Assembly (NCBI GenBank): GCA_038087875.1
Contig: CM075995.1
Coordinates: forward strand, 2,916,001-2,980,000
Direction of reading: 5' to 3'
Length of the DNA: 64,000 nt
Source: Malacoraja senta
Lineage: Eukaryota
Shown here in pieces: positions 50,353-63,647 of this stretch (the stretch's first letter is position 1; each line of letters starts with the position of its first letter). Below the pieces are notes generated by a model, which worked only from the letters and a program-made list of their open reading frames with translations, made no database searches and had not been told where the DNA came from. A program made the translations under genes and the position numbers.

Positions 50353-51609
50353 TAAGTAATAGGAGCAGAATTAGGCCATTCAGTCCATCAAGTCTACTCC
50401 ACCATTCAATCATGGTTGATCTATCTCTCCCTCCTAACCCCATTCTCCTGCCTTCTCCCCTTAACCCCCGACACCCATACTAGTCAAGAATCTATCTGTA
50501 TTTTGCTTTAAAAATATCCATTGACTTGGCCTCCACAGCCTTCTGTGGAAAAGAATTCATCCATCCTCTGACTAAAGAAATTCCTTCTCATCTCCTTCCT
50601 AAAAGAACGTCCTTTAATTCTGAGGCTAGTGCTGGCCTCTCCCACTAGTGGAAACATCCTCTCCACATCCACTGTATCCACTGTATCCAAGCCTTTCATT
50701 ATTCTGTAGGGTAGATTGAAAATATTAATCCTGAAATCGCATGGAATAACTCAGACAAACGGAATTCTTTCATTGCAAAGATAGCTAGATAAGCTATCAA
50801 GAGAGAGCTAGATATGGCTCTTAAAAATAGCGGAGTCAGGGGATATGGGGAGAAGGCCTGCTCCTGCACCTATTGTCTATTGTCTATTGTCTATTGTAGA
50901 TACTGTAAGTAGAGAAAGGAGAAAGGAATTGCAAGTTATTTAAATTGGGTTGACTAAAGTCGAGTGGGAGAAGCATTACTGATGGTATTCTAATGTCATT
51001 TCACTCTTTGAATGTTCCCCGCATCTATGCCAGCAGAATGATCAAACATCTAACTGATCATTTTAAAATCTGTGTAGGAAGGAACTGCAGGTGCTAGTTT
51101 AAATCAAAGCTAGACACAAAATGCTGGAGGAACTCAGCGGGACAGGCAGCATCTCTGGAGAAAAGAAATGGGTGACGTTTCAGATCGGGACCCTTCTTCA
51201 GTCTAGACCCGAAACGTTACCCGTTCCTTCTCTCCAGGGATGCTGCCTGTCCCGCTGAATTACTCCAGCATTTTGTGTCTATTTTTAAATCTGTGCCAAG
51301 TTTGCTGAGGTGGTTGTTTACGGAAACAAAATTCTCATCAGCATTTGTAATTTTCTCCCTGTGTTTTTTCCCTTTCCTCCCTCTACACAATTGGCGAGAT
51401 AGATTCATGGGGACAGCTTTATTACATCCATTGTTTGATTGTAAATTGTCCCTCGTGTGACTTGGAGACATAGTATTTCCCAGTGAGAACTCTCTCTGTT
51501 TTTCTTCTTGGAGAAAGAACGGGGAGAATCATGATCGTTCTCTCCTCTGGTTGTCCCAGACTTTGGTAGGTGATGGCCCACCAATGCCGATCTGTCCTGG
51601 TTGTCGCAG

Positions 51610-51875
51610 ACACGGTGGCGCAGCGGTAGAGTTGCTGCCTTACAGCGCCAGAGACCCGGGTTCGATCATGACTACGGGTGCTGTCTGTACGGAGTTTGTA
51701 CGTCCTCCCGTGACCGTGTGGGTTTTCTTCAGGTGCTCCAGTGTCCTCTCACACTCCGAAGAAGCACAGCTTTGTAGGTTAATTGGCTTCTGTGAATTGT
51801 AAATTGTCCCTGTTGTGTAGGATAGTGTTAGTGTGAGGGTGATTACTGGTCAGCGTGGACTCGGTGAGCCGAAGA
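51610..51875 (+). mobile_element. V-SINE (HE1-like)
   Basis: tRNA head and V-domain; further copies at 58050-58310, 61335-61640, 62066-62365. Confidence 0.85.
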
Positions 51876-52235
51876 ACGATCTTGACCAGAAATGTTACCT
51901 GTTCCTTCTATCCAGAGAGGCTGCCTGTCCTGCTGAGTTACTCCAGCATTTTGTGTCTTTCTTGGGACTGTTTCAGAGTTGTATCAGAAAGTCTAAGTCT
52001 CATGTCTAACGCCCTGGGTCAGCAGTGATCCTCTGATGGGGACATCCTTCAGTGACCATAGATTGGCTCTGATCCAGAATTGGTGGACTGAAGGCCTGTG
52101 AGGTGTGCTGTGATGAGACCTACAGCTGAAAGTGAATGCAACAATCCACTGCTTCATCTGCCTCAGGAGACTCAGTGGCACTCCCCTGCCTTGGAGTGGC
52201 ACTGCCCTGCCTTGGAGGGCCTTGGAGGACCCTCC

Positions 52236-52820
52236 AAAGGCCAAATCAGTGGATATTTTTAAGGGAGAGATAGATAGATTTTTGATTAGTAAGGATGTCA
52301 GACGTTATGGGAGAAGGCAGGAGACTGGGGTTAGGAGGGAGAGATAGATCTGCCAAGATTGAATTGCGGAGTAGACTTGATGGGCCGAATGGACTAATTC
52401 TACCCTTATCACATGACCTTATGACCCTGGAGGTATCTCTCTGAAACCTATCAAATAATGAAAGGCCAAGGTAGTGTGGACATGGACAGGATGTTTACAG
52501 CAAGGGATGAGTCCAGAACCAGAGGCCACAGCCTCAGAATAAAAAGATGTACCTTTAGAGTGGAGATGAGGAGGAATTTCTTTAGCCGGAGGGTGGTGAA
52601 TCTGTGGAATTCATTACCACAGATGGCTGTAGAGGCCAAGTCGTTGGGTATTTTTAAGGCAGAGATTGACAGATACTTGATTGGTAAGGGTGTCAAGGTT
52701 TAGGGGGAGAGGCAGGGGAATGGAGTGGAAAGGACAATATAGATCAGCCATGATTGAATGGTGCAGTAGACTTGATGGGCCGAATGGCCTAATTCTGCTT
52801 CTACGTCTAATGGTTTTATG
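52236..52820 (+). mobile_element. Two CR1 3' fragments
   Basis: ORF 52458-52703 ESRTRGHSLRIK...WNSLP, plus 3' UTRs. Confidence 0.85.
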
Positions 52821-53551
52821 GAATAAAAAAGCTAGCCTTACTGTTCTATGACACTACTGGTGGAGTCTGCTCCTTGGTTTTCTAAGAGCAGAGCTCACTG
52901 TAACTAATTCTTTGCTTGCTGGAGATGCCATAGAATCATAGTCATACGGGAGGAAACAGGCCCTTCGCCCCAACTTTCCCATGCCAAGCAACAAACCCCA
53001 TTTACACTAGTCCCACCTGACTGTACATAGTCTATCCATGTACCTATCCAAATGTCTCTTAAGATAGTAGCTGCCTCAACTACCTCCTCTGGCAGCTCCT
53101 TCCATATACCCACCACCCTTTGTGTAAAAATATTACCACTCAGGTTAATATTAAATCTTTCCTCCCCATCTTAAACCTATGTCCTCTCGTTCTTGATTCC
53201 CACACTCTGGGCAAGAGATTCTGAGTGTTTACCCGATCTATTCCTTTCAATATCTGGTACACCTCTATAAGATCACCCCTCATCCTCCTGCGCTCCAGGG
53301 AATAAAGGAATAAAGTCTAGCCTGCTCAACCTCTCCCTATAGCTCAGGTCCTCGAGTCCTGGCAACATCCTCATAAATCTTCTCTGCAATCTTCCCAGCG
53401 TGACAACATCTTTCCTATCACATGGTGACCAAACCTGAACACAATTCGCTAAATGTGGCCTCACTAACATCTTATGCAACTGTCACATGACCTCCCAACT
53501 TCTATACTCAATACCTGACTGATGTTGTCAAGCTGGGAAGGCCAATGTGCC

Positions 53552-54700
53552 AATAGACAATAGACATTAAACAAAAGGTGCAGGAGTAGGCCATTCGGCC
53601 CTTCGAGCCAGCACCACCATTCATTATGATCATGGCTGCTCATCCACAATCAGTACCCCGTTCCTGCCTTCTCGTCATATCTCCTGACTCTGCTATCTTT
53701 AAGAGCTCTATCTAACCCGTCTCTTGAAAGCATCCAGAGAATTGGCCTCCACTGCCTTCTGAGGCAGAGAATTCCACAAACTCTCTGGGTGAAAAAGTTT
53801 TTCCTCATCTCCGTTCTAAATGGCCTACCCCTTATTCTTAAACTGTGGTCCCTGGTTCTAGATTCCCCTAACATTGGAAACATGTTTCCTGCCTCTAGCA
53901 TGTCCAATCCCACAATAATCATATATGTTACAATAAGATTCCCTCTCATCCTTCTAAACTCCAGAGTGTACAAGCCCAGCTGCTCCATTCTCTCAGCATA
54001 TGACAGTCCCGCCATCCCGGGAATTAACCTTGTAAACCTACGCTGCACTCCCTCAATAGCAATAATGTCCTTCCTCAAATTTGGAGACCAAAGCTGCACA
54101 CAATACTCCAGGTGTGGTCTCACTAGGGCCCTGTACAACTGCAGAAGGACCTCTTTGCTCCTATACTCAAATCCTCGTGTTATGAAGGCCAACATGCCAT
54201 TAGCTTTCTTCACTGCCTGCTGTACCTGCATGCTTACTTTCAGTGACTGATGAACAAGGACCCCTAGATCCCATTGTACTTCCCCTTCTCCCAACTTGAC
54301 ACTATTCAGATAATAATCTGCCTTCCTGTTTTTGCCACCAAAGTGGATAACCTCACATTTATCCACATTAAACTGCATCTGCTATGCATCTGCCCACTCA
54401 CCGTACCTGTCCAAGTCAACCTGCATCCTCATAGCATCCTCCTCACAGTTCACACTGCCACCCAGCTTTGTGTCATCTGCCAATTTGCTAATGTTACTAA
54501 TGCCGAAAGCCTTCTTGCCCACCCTATCTACCTGCGACGCCACTTTCAAGGAACTATGTACCAGCACGCCTAGATCCCTCTGCTCTACAACACTCCCCAG
54601 AGCCCCACCATTCACTGTGTAGGTCCTGCCCATGTTGGACTTTCCAAAATGCAATACCTCACATTTTCCTGCATTAAATTCCATCAACCATTCCTGGCCA
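53552..54700 (-). mobile_element. CR1 LINE 3' fragment joined to a piece of a second CR1 subfamily
   Basis: ORF 53650-54378 (242 aa, QFNVDKCEV...[11 protein letters not shown]) and 54382-54687, which repeats the FN..KCEV motif. Confidence 0.93.
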
Positions 54701-55414
54701 ATCGATCAAGATCCTGCTACAAGATCCTGCTATTTAGCGGAGTCAGGAGATATGGGGAGAAGGCAGGTACAGGGTACTGATTGGGGATGATCAGCCATGA
54801 TCACATTGAATGGCGGTGCTGGCTCGAAAGGCCAAATGGCCTACTCCTGCACCTATTGTCTATTGTCTATTGTCTACAATTTTTTCACAACCATCTTCAC
54901 TATTTCCAATACCATCCATATTTTGTATCATCTGCAAACTTGCCAAACATGCAATGTACGTTCTCACCCAAATCATTGATATTGATGACAAACAGCAATG
55001 GGCGCAGCACCGAACCCTGAGGCACACCACTAGTCACAGGCCTCCAGCAACCTTCCACCATCACCCTCTGCTTCCTTCCATGAAGTCAATTTTCTATCCA
55101 ATTAGCAATCTCTCCTTGGATCACATGCACTCTAACCTTTAACCTTCTCTTTCTCCAGAGATGCTGCCTGACCCACTGAGTTACTCCAGCCTGTTGTATC
55201 TAACTTGGCACCACATCCTGGCTTAGATATTGAGGGCCAAAGGGCCTGTTCCAGTGTGCTTACTGTTCTGTGATACTGAGTGGTAGTCCTTGATTTTCTA
55301 AAATTAAATCTCCCAATAACTAGTTTTTTTGCACTCTAGAGATGTCATCCACATTTCTGTTCTTAATTTTACGTTGGAATCTTTGACTCATGCGATCTAA
55401 GGAACCCCTAATTC

Positions 55415-56015
55415 CTTAGAAGGCTGAGGAAGTTTGACATGTCCCCTACAACTCTCACCAACCTCTACAGATGCACCATAGAAAACATTTTATCAGGATG
55501 CATCCCAGCTTGGTTTGGGAACAGCTCCATCCAAGACCGTAAGAAATTGCAGCGAATTGTGGACGCAGCCCAGAACATCACACAAGCCAACCGCCCTTGT
55601 ATTGACTCCATTTATACCTCACGCTGCCTCGGCAAGGCCAACAGCATAATCAAGGGCGAGTCGCACCCTGGCCACTCCCTCTTCTCCCCTCTCTATCAGG
55701 CAAAAGGTATAGAAGTGTGAAAACGAACACCTCCAGATTCGGGGACAGTTTCTTGCCAGCTGTTATCATGCAACTGAATCATCCTACCACAAACAGAGAG
55801 CAGTGCTGAACTACTATCTACCTCTTCGATGACCCCTGGACTATCCTTCATCGGACTTGCTGTCTTTACCTTGCATTAAACACTATTCTATTGTCATGTA
55901 TCGAAACACTGTAAATGGATCGATTGTAATCATGTATTGTCTTTCTGCTGACTGGTTAGCACGCGACAAAAAAGCTTTTCACTGCACCTCGGTACACGTG
56001 ACAATGAACTAAACC
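55415..56015 (+). mobile_element. Rex1/Babar LINE 3' fragment
   Basis: ORF 55439-55720 YRCTIENILSGCIPAWFG...KLQRIV...HPGHSLF; 3' UTR ending GTACACGTGACAATGAACTAAAC. Confidence 0.85.
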
Positions 56016-56931
56016 GAATGCAGTTTCAATCTTAAGGTCTAAGTTTGTTGCCTTGTTTGAATTTGTTCTTTGGATCAGCTACGCCAGGTCATTAAGAGGA
56101 ATGATCGATTGGCATGGTTTCAATCAAAACTTGAAAGCTGGAATGAAAGGCCATCCTTGTGTTTGAACCATGAGCAAACTACTGCCGATGCTTCAGAAAC
56201 TCTAGCAGCTGAGCCCTGGAGAAATCCATCCCACAACACAACACTTTTTCTTCGTACCTCAAGAGGAATATCTTCATCTTCCAGCAATACATTCTAGTTA
56301 GAATGACTTTACTGGATTGCACTGAGTGCTTTGTTCCTTAGCTGCTGTCAATAAATATTAGCTCATAAAGTAAAGAACATTGCTCTGAAATTTGGGTACA
56401 CCAGCCATTTCACTCCAAAACAAATATAACCTAATGTAGCTAAAATGCACGTGTTAAATTCATTTTATTTTTATTATGTAAATTAATTATTTCATTAAAT
56501 TCAATCAATTTTCACAGCTTTAAGTAATTTTACAGCTCCAAACTGCTGGCATTTTAAGCACCTCTATTATTTAGTGTTGTCTGTTTCATTTATCTTTTCT
56601 CAATGGGATAGCGTTGCAAGAGAGGCTGATTTTTTAAAACTATTATTGTGCTTCTGTTCTGGTGTAAAGGTTTCTGTGGGAGTTCTCAGGCAAGGCATAT
56701 ATCTGAATTGTGGCTCGACTAATAATGGTTTTTACAATGATGTGAAGGTGCAATGTTTTTGTTTGAGCTAGCTGGCGCTTGGAATGGCTTCCTTTCAAGG
56801 TGGTATGTGCTAATGTATTCTCCTCTGACTCTGAAGTTGTGTTCAGGTCTCACTTGAACACAATAGCCAGGCACGTCAGTTTATTTCTGAGGAAGAGCTC
56901 ACAGTGGCGCAGCGGTAGAGTTGCTGCCTTA

Positions 56932-57702
56932 TGGGCCTGTCCCACTTTGGCGACTTTTTAGGCGACTGAAGGAAACTATGCGGTCGCCATATGGTCGCCA
57001 CATGTTCGCGGGTGGTTGCCGGGTAGTCGCCTTCATGGTCATAAGGGGCTCCTACACTCATTATATTCGCCGCGAATTTTTCAACATGTTGAAAAATTAA
57101 CGCCGACCAGAATTAAGCCGCCATGGAGAGTAGCGAGAATTCCCGTGCCTTAGGTGGGTCTCCAGGATGTCCTCGTGGGTTGGCAGGAGGTCGAAGGTTC
57201 TCGTAGGTTGTAGCCGGTGCTGGCCGGTGAATTTCATTGGCTCATTGGGAAAAAAAACATAAACAGTAGTTTTCAGAACCAAGGATAACCGACCAGTAAT
57301 GTTAATGTCCGCCGAGCTTCACAGCCGTGTATCTCTGGCTTCTTAATAATTGTCTCCACTCCTTCTCCCCCTTTCTCCCCCCTCTCCTCCCCTCTCCCCT
57401 CCCTCTTTTAAAGGACTTACGTGACCCTTCCCGTACACTGTGCTTTCACCTTCTTAATTACAGCGCCAACCTTCCTGTTCATCGCGGTGTGTGTCTGTAT
57501 CACATTGGCTTTGCACCGTGTGAATTTTACTCAGACAGCGTTCCCCCCGCTTGCCCTGTCCCCCGCATGCATAACATAAGGAAGCGATGTGTGTATATGC
57601 GTGTTTGATCCACTCTGACAGTTGGCGGTTTTTCAGGTGGCTGTCGGCGACTTAACAGTCGCCGGCAGTCGCCTGAAAAATTGTCTAAGTGGGACAGGCC
57701 CA
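56932..57702. mobile_element. PIF/Harbinger MITE inserted in a V-SINE head
   Basis: TIRs TGGGCCTGTCCCACTT / AAGTGGGACAGGCCCA; TTA TSD (56929-56931, 57703-57705). Confidence 0.92.
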
Positions 57703-58475
57703 TTAGAGCACCAGAGACCTGGGTTTGGTCTGGGTTACAGGTGCTGTCTGTATGGAGTTTGTAAACTGTCCCTATTGTGTAGGATAGTGCTAGTGTGCGA
57801 GGATCGCTAGTCGGTGCGGACTCGGTGGGTTGAAGGACCTGTTTCCGTGCTCAACTAAACTAACTCTCAACTAAACAGAGCAACTCAACTAACTCTCAAC
57901 TAAATTGAATTAAAATAAAGTGCATTCCTATCTGCCTGCTCAACATAAAACATCCCATGGTGTGACATTCATAAAGTTTAGTTTAGTTTCGAGATGCAAC
58001 GTGGAAACAGGCCCTCGGCCCATCGAGTCAACGTCGACCAGCGATCACATGTGGCGCAGCGCTAGAGTTGCTGCCTTACAGCGAATGCACCGCCGGAGAC
58101 CCGGGTTCGATCCCGACTACAGGTGCTGTCTGTACGGAGTTTGTACGTTCTCGCCGTGACCGCGTGGGTTTTCTCCGAGATCTTCGGTTTCCTCCCACAT
58201 TCCAAAGACGTACAGGTTTGTGGGTTAATTGGCTTGGTATAAATGGGTTAAATGGCTTGGCACGGACCCGGTGGGCCGAAGGGCCTGTTTCCGCGCTGTA
58301 TCTCTAAAAACCCAAAATAATTCTATCCTACACACTAGGGGCAATTTACCTACAAACCTGCACATCTTTGGAATATGGGAGGAAACCAGGGCACCAAACG
58401 TCAGGATCGAACCCTGTTCTCTGATTGTGAGACAGCAACTCTACCATCGTGTCACTAGGCTGCCCCTTGTCACTT

Positions 58476-58675
58476 NNNNNNNNNNNNNNNNNNNNNNNNN
58501 NNNNNNNNNNNNNNNNNNNNNNNNNNNNNNNNNNNNNNNNNNNNNNNNNNNNNNNNNNNNNNNNNNNNNNNNNNNNNNNNNNNNNNNNNNNNNNNNNNNN
58601 NNNNNNNNNNNNNNNNNNNNNNNNNNNNNNNNNNNNNNNNNNNNNNNNNNNNNNNNNNNNNNNNNNNNNNNNNNN
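58476..58675. other. Assembly gap (200 N)
   Basis: Run of N. Confidence 1.
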
Positions 58676-59382
58676 GGACGGAAGGCCTGGGAACCCACCT
58701 GGGAGGCTTGGTCACCCACCCAGCGAGGAAGGAGTCGGAAGGAGGGCCGGGGAGCAGATCGGCCTTGATGGGGGAGTGGGCCGCTGGAGGCCCTGCAGCA
58801 GCTTCGGGCTCGGCTGGACCGGGCGCCGCTCCGAGAGGCCGAGCACGTGGAGCGCGCGCGGTCTACAGCGGTGGAGCAGCGTTGAAGGACACCACGGCCA
58901 TGCTTGGCCAGGCCGACCCTGCAACGCGCCTGGACAACAGACCTTCATGGTCAGGCCAAGATCCCTGGGCTTACTACAACTGGGGCTGGAAAATGGCACC
59001 ACACTACTCTGTATTCCGCTGATTTACTCCAGCCTTTTGTGTCTATCTTCGGTAGAGTCTGCACACTGTCTCACTGTACCACTGCTGTACACTTCCACTG
59101 TATCTGAGATGCTTATCTAATATGTTTCTAAGTCCTTAGATATAGTGATACTTGCACTGAACTGTATAGAAAAATTAATTTCACTCTACCTCGGTACATT
59201 TGACAAGTAAAGCACCGTACCAAATTGTTGCAGTAGTTGTGTAGCTGTTACTGGATTCAGATTCAGATTCAGATAGTTTATTGTCATATGCACCAGGGTG
59301 CAATAAAATTCCTTGCTCGCACGAAGCTCAGACATTAAGCAGTTTACAGGGTAATGATAGATGCAGCAATAACTGCAATGGG

Positions 59383-59885
59383 CATTGCAAAACAGCAGAA
59401 TGATGAAAAGATTGGAGTGCATTCTGAAATGGTGCAAAACAATACTAAAGGCATTGAAGTGACCAGTCATTCATCAGATGGAAGGAATCATGCAGAGACT
59501 CAAATTCAAATCTCACCACAGTATAAAATCATGAGAGGAATAGATCGGGCAGATGCACAGAGTCTCTTGCCCAGAATAGGTGAATCGAGGACCAGAGGAC
59601 ATAGGTTTAAGGTGAAGGGGGAAAGATTTAATAGGAATCTGAGGGGTAACTTTTTTACACAAAGGGTGGTGGATCATAAGGTCAGAAGGTCGTAAGGAAT
59701 AGGAGTAGAATTAAGCCATTCGGCACATTCCTCTCATGATTTTATACTGTGGTGAGATTTGAATTTGAGTCTCTGGATGATTCCTTCCATCTGATGAATG
59801 ACTGGTCACTTCAATGCCTTTAGTATTGTTTTGCACCATTTCAGAATGCACTCCAATCTTTTCATCATTCTGCTGTTTTGCAATG
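59383..59885. repeat. 159-bp near-perfect inverted repeat with a 185-bp spacer
   Basis: 59383-59541 is the reverse complement of 59727-59885 with one mismatch by eye. Confidence 0.95.
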
Positions 59886-60433
59886 GTCTACTCTGCCATT
59901 CAATCATGGCTGGTCTATCTCTTCCTCCTAAGCCCATTCTCCTGCCTTCTCCCCATAACCTCTGACACCTGTACAAATCAAGAATCTGTCTGTGTTTGCC
60001 TTAAAAATATCCACTGACTGCCTCCACAGCCTTCTGTGGCAAAGAATTCCACAGCTTTACCACCCTCTGGCTGAAGAAATTTCTCCTCATCTCCCTAAAA
60101 GAACGTCCTTTAATTCTGAGGCTGTGACCTCTAATCCTAGACTCTCCCGCTAGAGGAAAAATCCTCTCCACATCCACTCCAAGCCTTTCACTTTTCTGAT
60201 CGTTTCAATGAGATCCTCCCTCATTCTTCTAAACTCCAACCAGTACAGGCTCAGTGCGGACAAACGCTCATCATTGGTTAACCTACTCATTCCTGGGAAA
60301 ATTATTGTAAACCTCCTCTGGACCCTCTCCAGAGCCAGCACATCTTTCCTCAGATATGGTGCCCAAAATTCCTCACAATATTCCAAATGCGGCCCCTACC
60401 AGCGCCTTATAAAGCCTCAGCATTACATCCCTG
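59886..60433 (-). mobile_element. CR1 LINE 3' fragment
   Basis: ORF 60150-60386 EYCEEFWAPYLRKDVLALERVQRRFT. Confidence 0.88.
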
Positions 60434-60509
60434 GTGTATGGATGGGTGGAAGGAGCTGCCAGAGGAGGTAGTTGAGGCAGGGGCTATCCCAAAGTTTAAG
60501 AAACAATTA

Positions 60510-60920
60510 AGGGGCTGTCCCACTGTGGGGACCTAATTCGCGAGTTTAGAAGAGTTTGCCCTCGACTCATACTCGCAGCATGGTCGAAACGAGGTCCTAG
60601 GAGGTCTTTGTAACTCTCCTTCATGCTCGAGAGTTGTCCGCGTGTACTCGCGGCCTCAGTTATGTCGCGGCGTTTTTTTTTAGCAAGCTGAAAAATGCCC
60701 GCGAGTAAAAAAAGGTCGCCATGGAAAACATTTCAGACAGCACTCCCCCGCTTTCCCCGGCCCCCGCCTTTGCGATGTGTTTGTGTGTGCGTGCAGACGG
60801 TCGATCCGGCTCACAGTTTCATCGCTGACGGTCGATCCAGCTCGAGGTTTTTCAGGCGAGTGCCCTCGAGCTTGAAGGTCGAAGACAGTCGCTGAAAAGT
60901 CGCATTAGTGGGACAGGCCT
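60510..60920. mobile_element. PIF/Harbinger MITE inserted in a CR1 3' end
   Basis: Ends AGGGGCTGTCCCACT / AGTGGGACAGGCCT; TTA at 60507-60509 and 60921-60923. Confidence 0.88.
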
Positions 60921-62627
60921 TTAGACAGGTACATGGATGAAGTCAGGCTTGGAGGGATATGGGCTAAACACCGGTAGGTGAGACTAGTATGGCTAGATAT
61001 GGGCGGTGTGGGTTAGTTGGGCCGAAAAGCCTGTTTCCACGTTGTAAGACTCTGTGACTTTGTGACAGCAACTGTTCAGTTAACAATCTTGAAATTAAAA
61101 ATCAATGAGTATCCCTGGTCCGGAGATTTTTGTTATAAAACCCATTTGCTTCACTTATGCTCTTCATGGGAGGCAATCTACCTTTCGAAACGGATCTAAT
61201 CTATCTATGACGTCAGACACAGCAAAGTAAAAGACTCCTCGATGACTCTTAGATGTTGTCTGAAAAGTAATTCCCGAGGGGCAACTTTTTCACCCAAAAG
61301 GTGATGGGTGCATGGAACGGGTTGCCAGAACTGGGCGGCGCGGTGGTGCAGCGGTAGAGTTGCTGCCTTATAGCGCCAGAGACCCGTGTTCGAACCTGAC
61401 CACGGGTGCTGTATGTATGGAGTTTGTAGGTTCGCCGCATGAACACGTGTTTTTTTTCCCCGGGTGCTCCGGTTTCCTCCCACACTCCAAGGTACAGGTA
61501 CAGGTTTGTAGGTTAATTGGTTTCGGTTAAAAAAAAATTAAATTGTCCCTAGTGTGTAGGACGATGCTGGTGTACAGGGTGATCACTGGTCGGCGTGGAT
61601 TCAGTGAGCTGAAAGGCCTGTTTCCACCCTGTGTCTCTAAATTCTGGCTCTGGGCAGGTTGTGGCAGGTACTATAACAACGTATAAGAGATATTCGGGCA
61701 GGAACATGGATAGGAAAAGTTTAGAGGGATATGGGTCAAACGCAGGCAGATGGAACTAGTGTAGATGAGGCATCTTGGGCAACATGGGCAAGTTGGACTG
61801 AAGAGCCTGTTTCCGTTGCTGTACGACTTTATGAATCTTTAACGCTAAATGGCCAAGCAAGTCATGCAGTTAAGAGCTGGCTGTGTCAGTGATGCCCAGG
61901 TTACCAATAGTAAATGAAAGAAAGGTGGACGATGCTGATAGCCATAGGCCTCACAGGCCTCCTCCCAATCATCATGCAAGTGCCGGCACCATTGTTGATC
62001 CCACTTCACTCTCCTATGCTCACAGCTCTCAGAAATGGAAGGGAATTGAAAAAAGTGCACAATCAACGTGGCGCAGCAATAGAGTTGTTGCCTTACAGCT
62101 CTTGCAGTGCCGGAGACACGGGTTCGATCCCAACTACGGGTGCTGTCTGTTCTCCCCGTGACCTGTGTGGGTTTTTTCCGAGATCTTCGGTTTCCTCCCA
62201 CACTACAAAGACGTGCAGGTTTGTAGGTTAATTGGCTTGGGATAAATTGTCCCAGGTGTGTATAGGATAGCATTAATGCGGGGGGATCGCTGGTCTGTGC
62301 AGACTCGGTGGGCCGAAGGGCCTGTTTCCGCACTGTATCTCTAAACTAAACTAAACTAAACTAAACCAACAAAGTTTGCTTCAGAGCAGCAATGTCATTA
62401 AGCTAGAAGCAATGCAAGTAAGATTTACTAGGATGTTGCCACAGTTCCAGGGCATGAGATACAGGGAGAGGTTGGGCAAGCTAGAACTTTATTCCTTGGA
62501 GTGCAAGAGGCCAAGGGGTGATCTTACAGAGGTGTATATAAAATCATGAGGACAATGAATGCACAGAGTCTTTTTCCCAGGGCAGGAGAATCAAGAATAA
62601 AAGGGCACAGGTTTAAGGAAGGAACTG

Positions 62628-63465
62628 CAGATGCATGGCAGATGAAGCTTAATGCGGATAAATCTGAGGTTATCCACTTTGGTATAAATAAACAGGAAGG
62701 CAGATTACTATCTAAATCTCGTCAAGTTTGGAAAAGGGGAAGTACAATGGCATCTGGGGTCCTTGTTCATCAGTCTATGAAAGTTAGCATGCAGGTACAG
62801 CAGGCAATGAAGAAAGCGAATGGCATGTTGGCCTTTATAACTAGGAATCGAGTACAGGAGCAAAGAGGTCCTTCTGCAGTTGTACAGGGCCCTAGTGAGA
62901 CCACATCTGGAGTATTGTGTGCAGTTTTGGTCCCATAATTTGAGGAAGGACATTCTTGCTATTGAGGGAGTGCAGCGTAGGTTTTCAAGGTTAATTCCCA
63001 GGATGGGGGGACTGTCATATGCTGAGAGAATGGAGCGGCTGGGCTTGTACACTCTGGAGTTTAGAAGGATGAGAGGGAATCTTATTGAAACATATAAGAT
63101 TGTTAAGGGTTTGGACACGCTAGAGGCAGGAAACATGTTCCCGATGTTGGGGGAGTCCACAACCAGGGGCCACATTTTAAGAATAAGGGTTTATTTAGAA
63201 CGGAGGCGAGGAAACACTTTTTCTCACAGAGAGCTGTGAGTCTGTGGAATTCTCTGCCTCAGAGGGCGGTGGAGGCCTGTTCGCTGGATACTTTCAAGAG
63301 AGAGCTAGATAGGGCTCTTAAAGATAGCAGAGTCAAGGGATATGGGGAGAAGGCAGGAACAGGGCACTGATTGGGGATGATCAGCCATGATCACATTGAA
63401 TGGCGGTGCTGGCTCGAAGGGCCGAATGGCCTACTCCTGCATCTATTGTCTATTGTCTATTGTCT
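62628..63465 (+). mobile_element. CR1 LINE 3' fragment
   Basis: ORFs 62546-62938 and 62880-63239 ([16 protein letters not shown]); (TATTGTC)n tail. Confidence 0.93.
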
Positions 63466-63469
63466 TAAA

Positions 63470-63647
63470 CTGAAGATAGGCACAAAATGCTGGAGTAACT
63501 CAGCAGGACAGGCAGCATCTCTGGTGAGAAAGAATGGGTGACGTTTCGGGTCAAGAAAGGTCTCGACCCGAAACGTCACCCATTGCTTCTATCCAGCGAT
63601 GCTGCCTGTCCCGCTGAGTTACTCCAGCATTTTGTGTCTATCTTCAG
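63470..63647. repeat. Palindrome formed by two head-to-head Penelope pLTR termini
   Basis: ~85-bp arms, CTGAAGATAGGCACAAAATGCTGGAG...GGGTCAAGA and TCTCGACCC...CTCCAGCATTTTGTGTCTATCTTCAG, with a ~4-nt loop. Confidence 0.88.
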
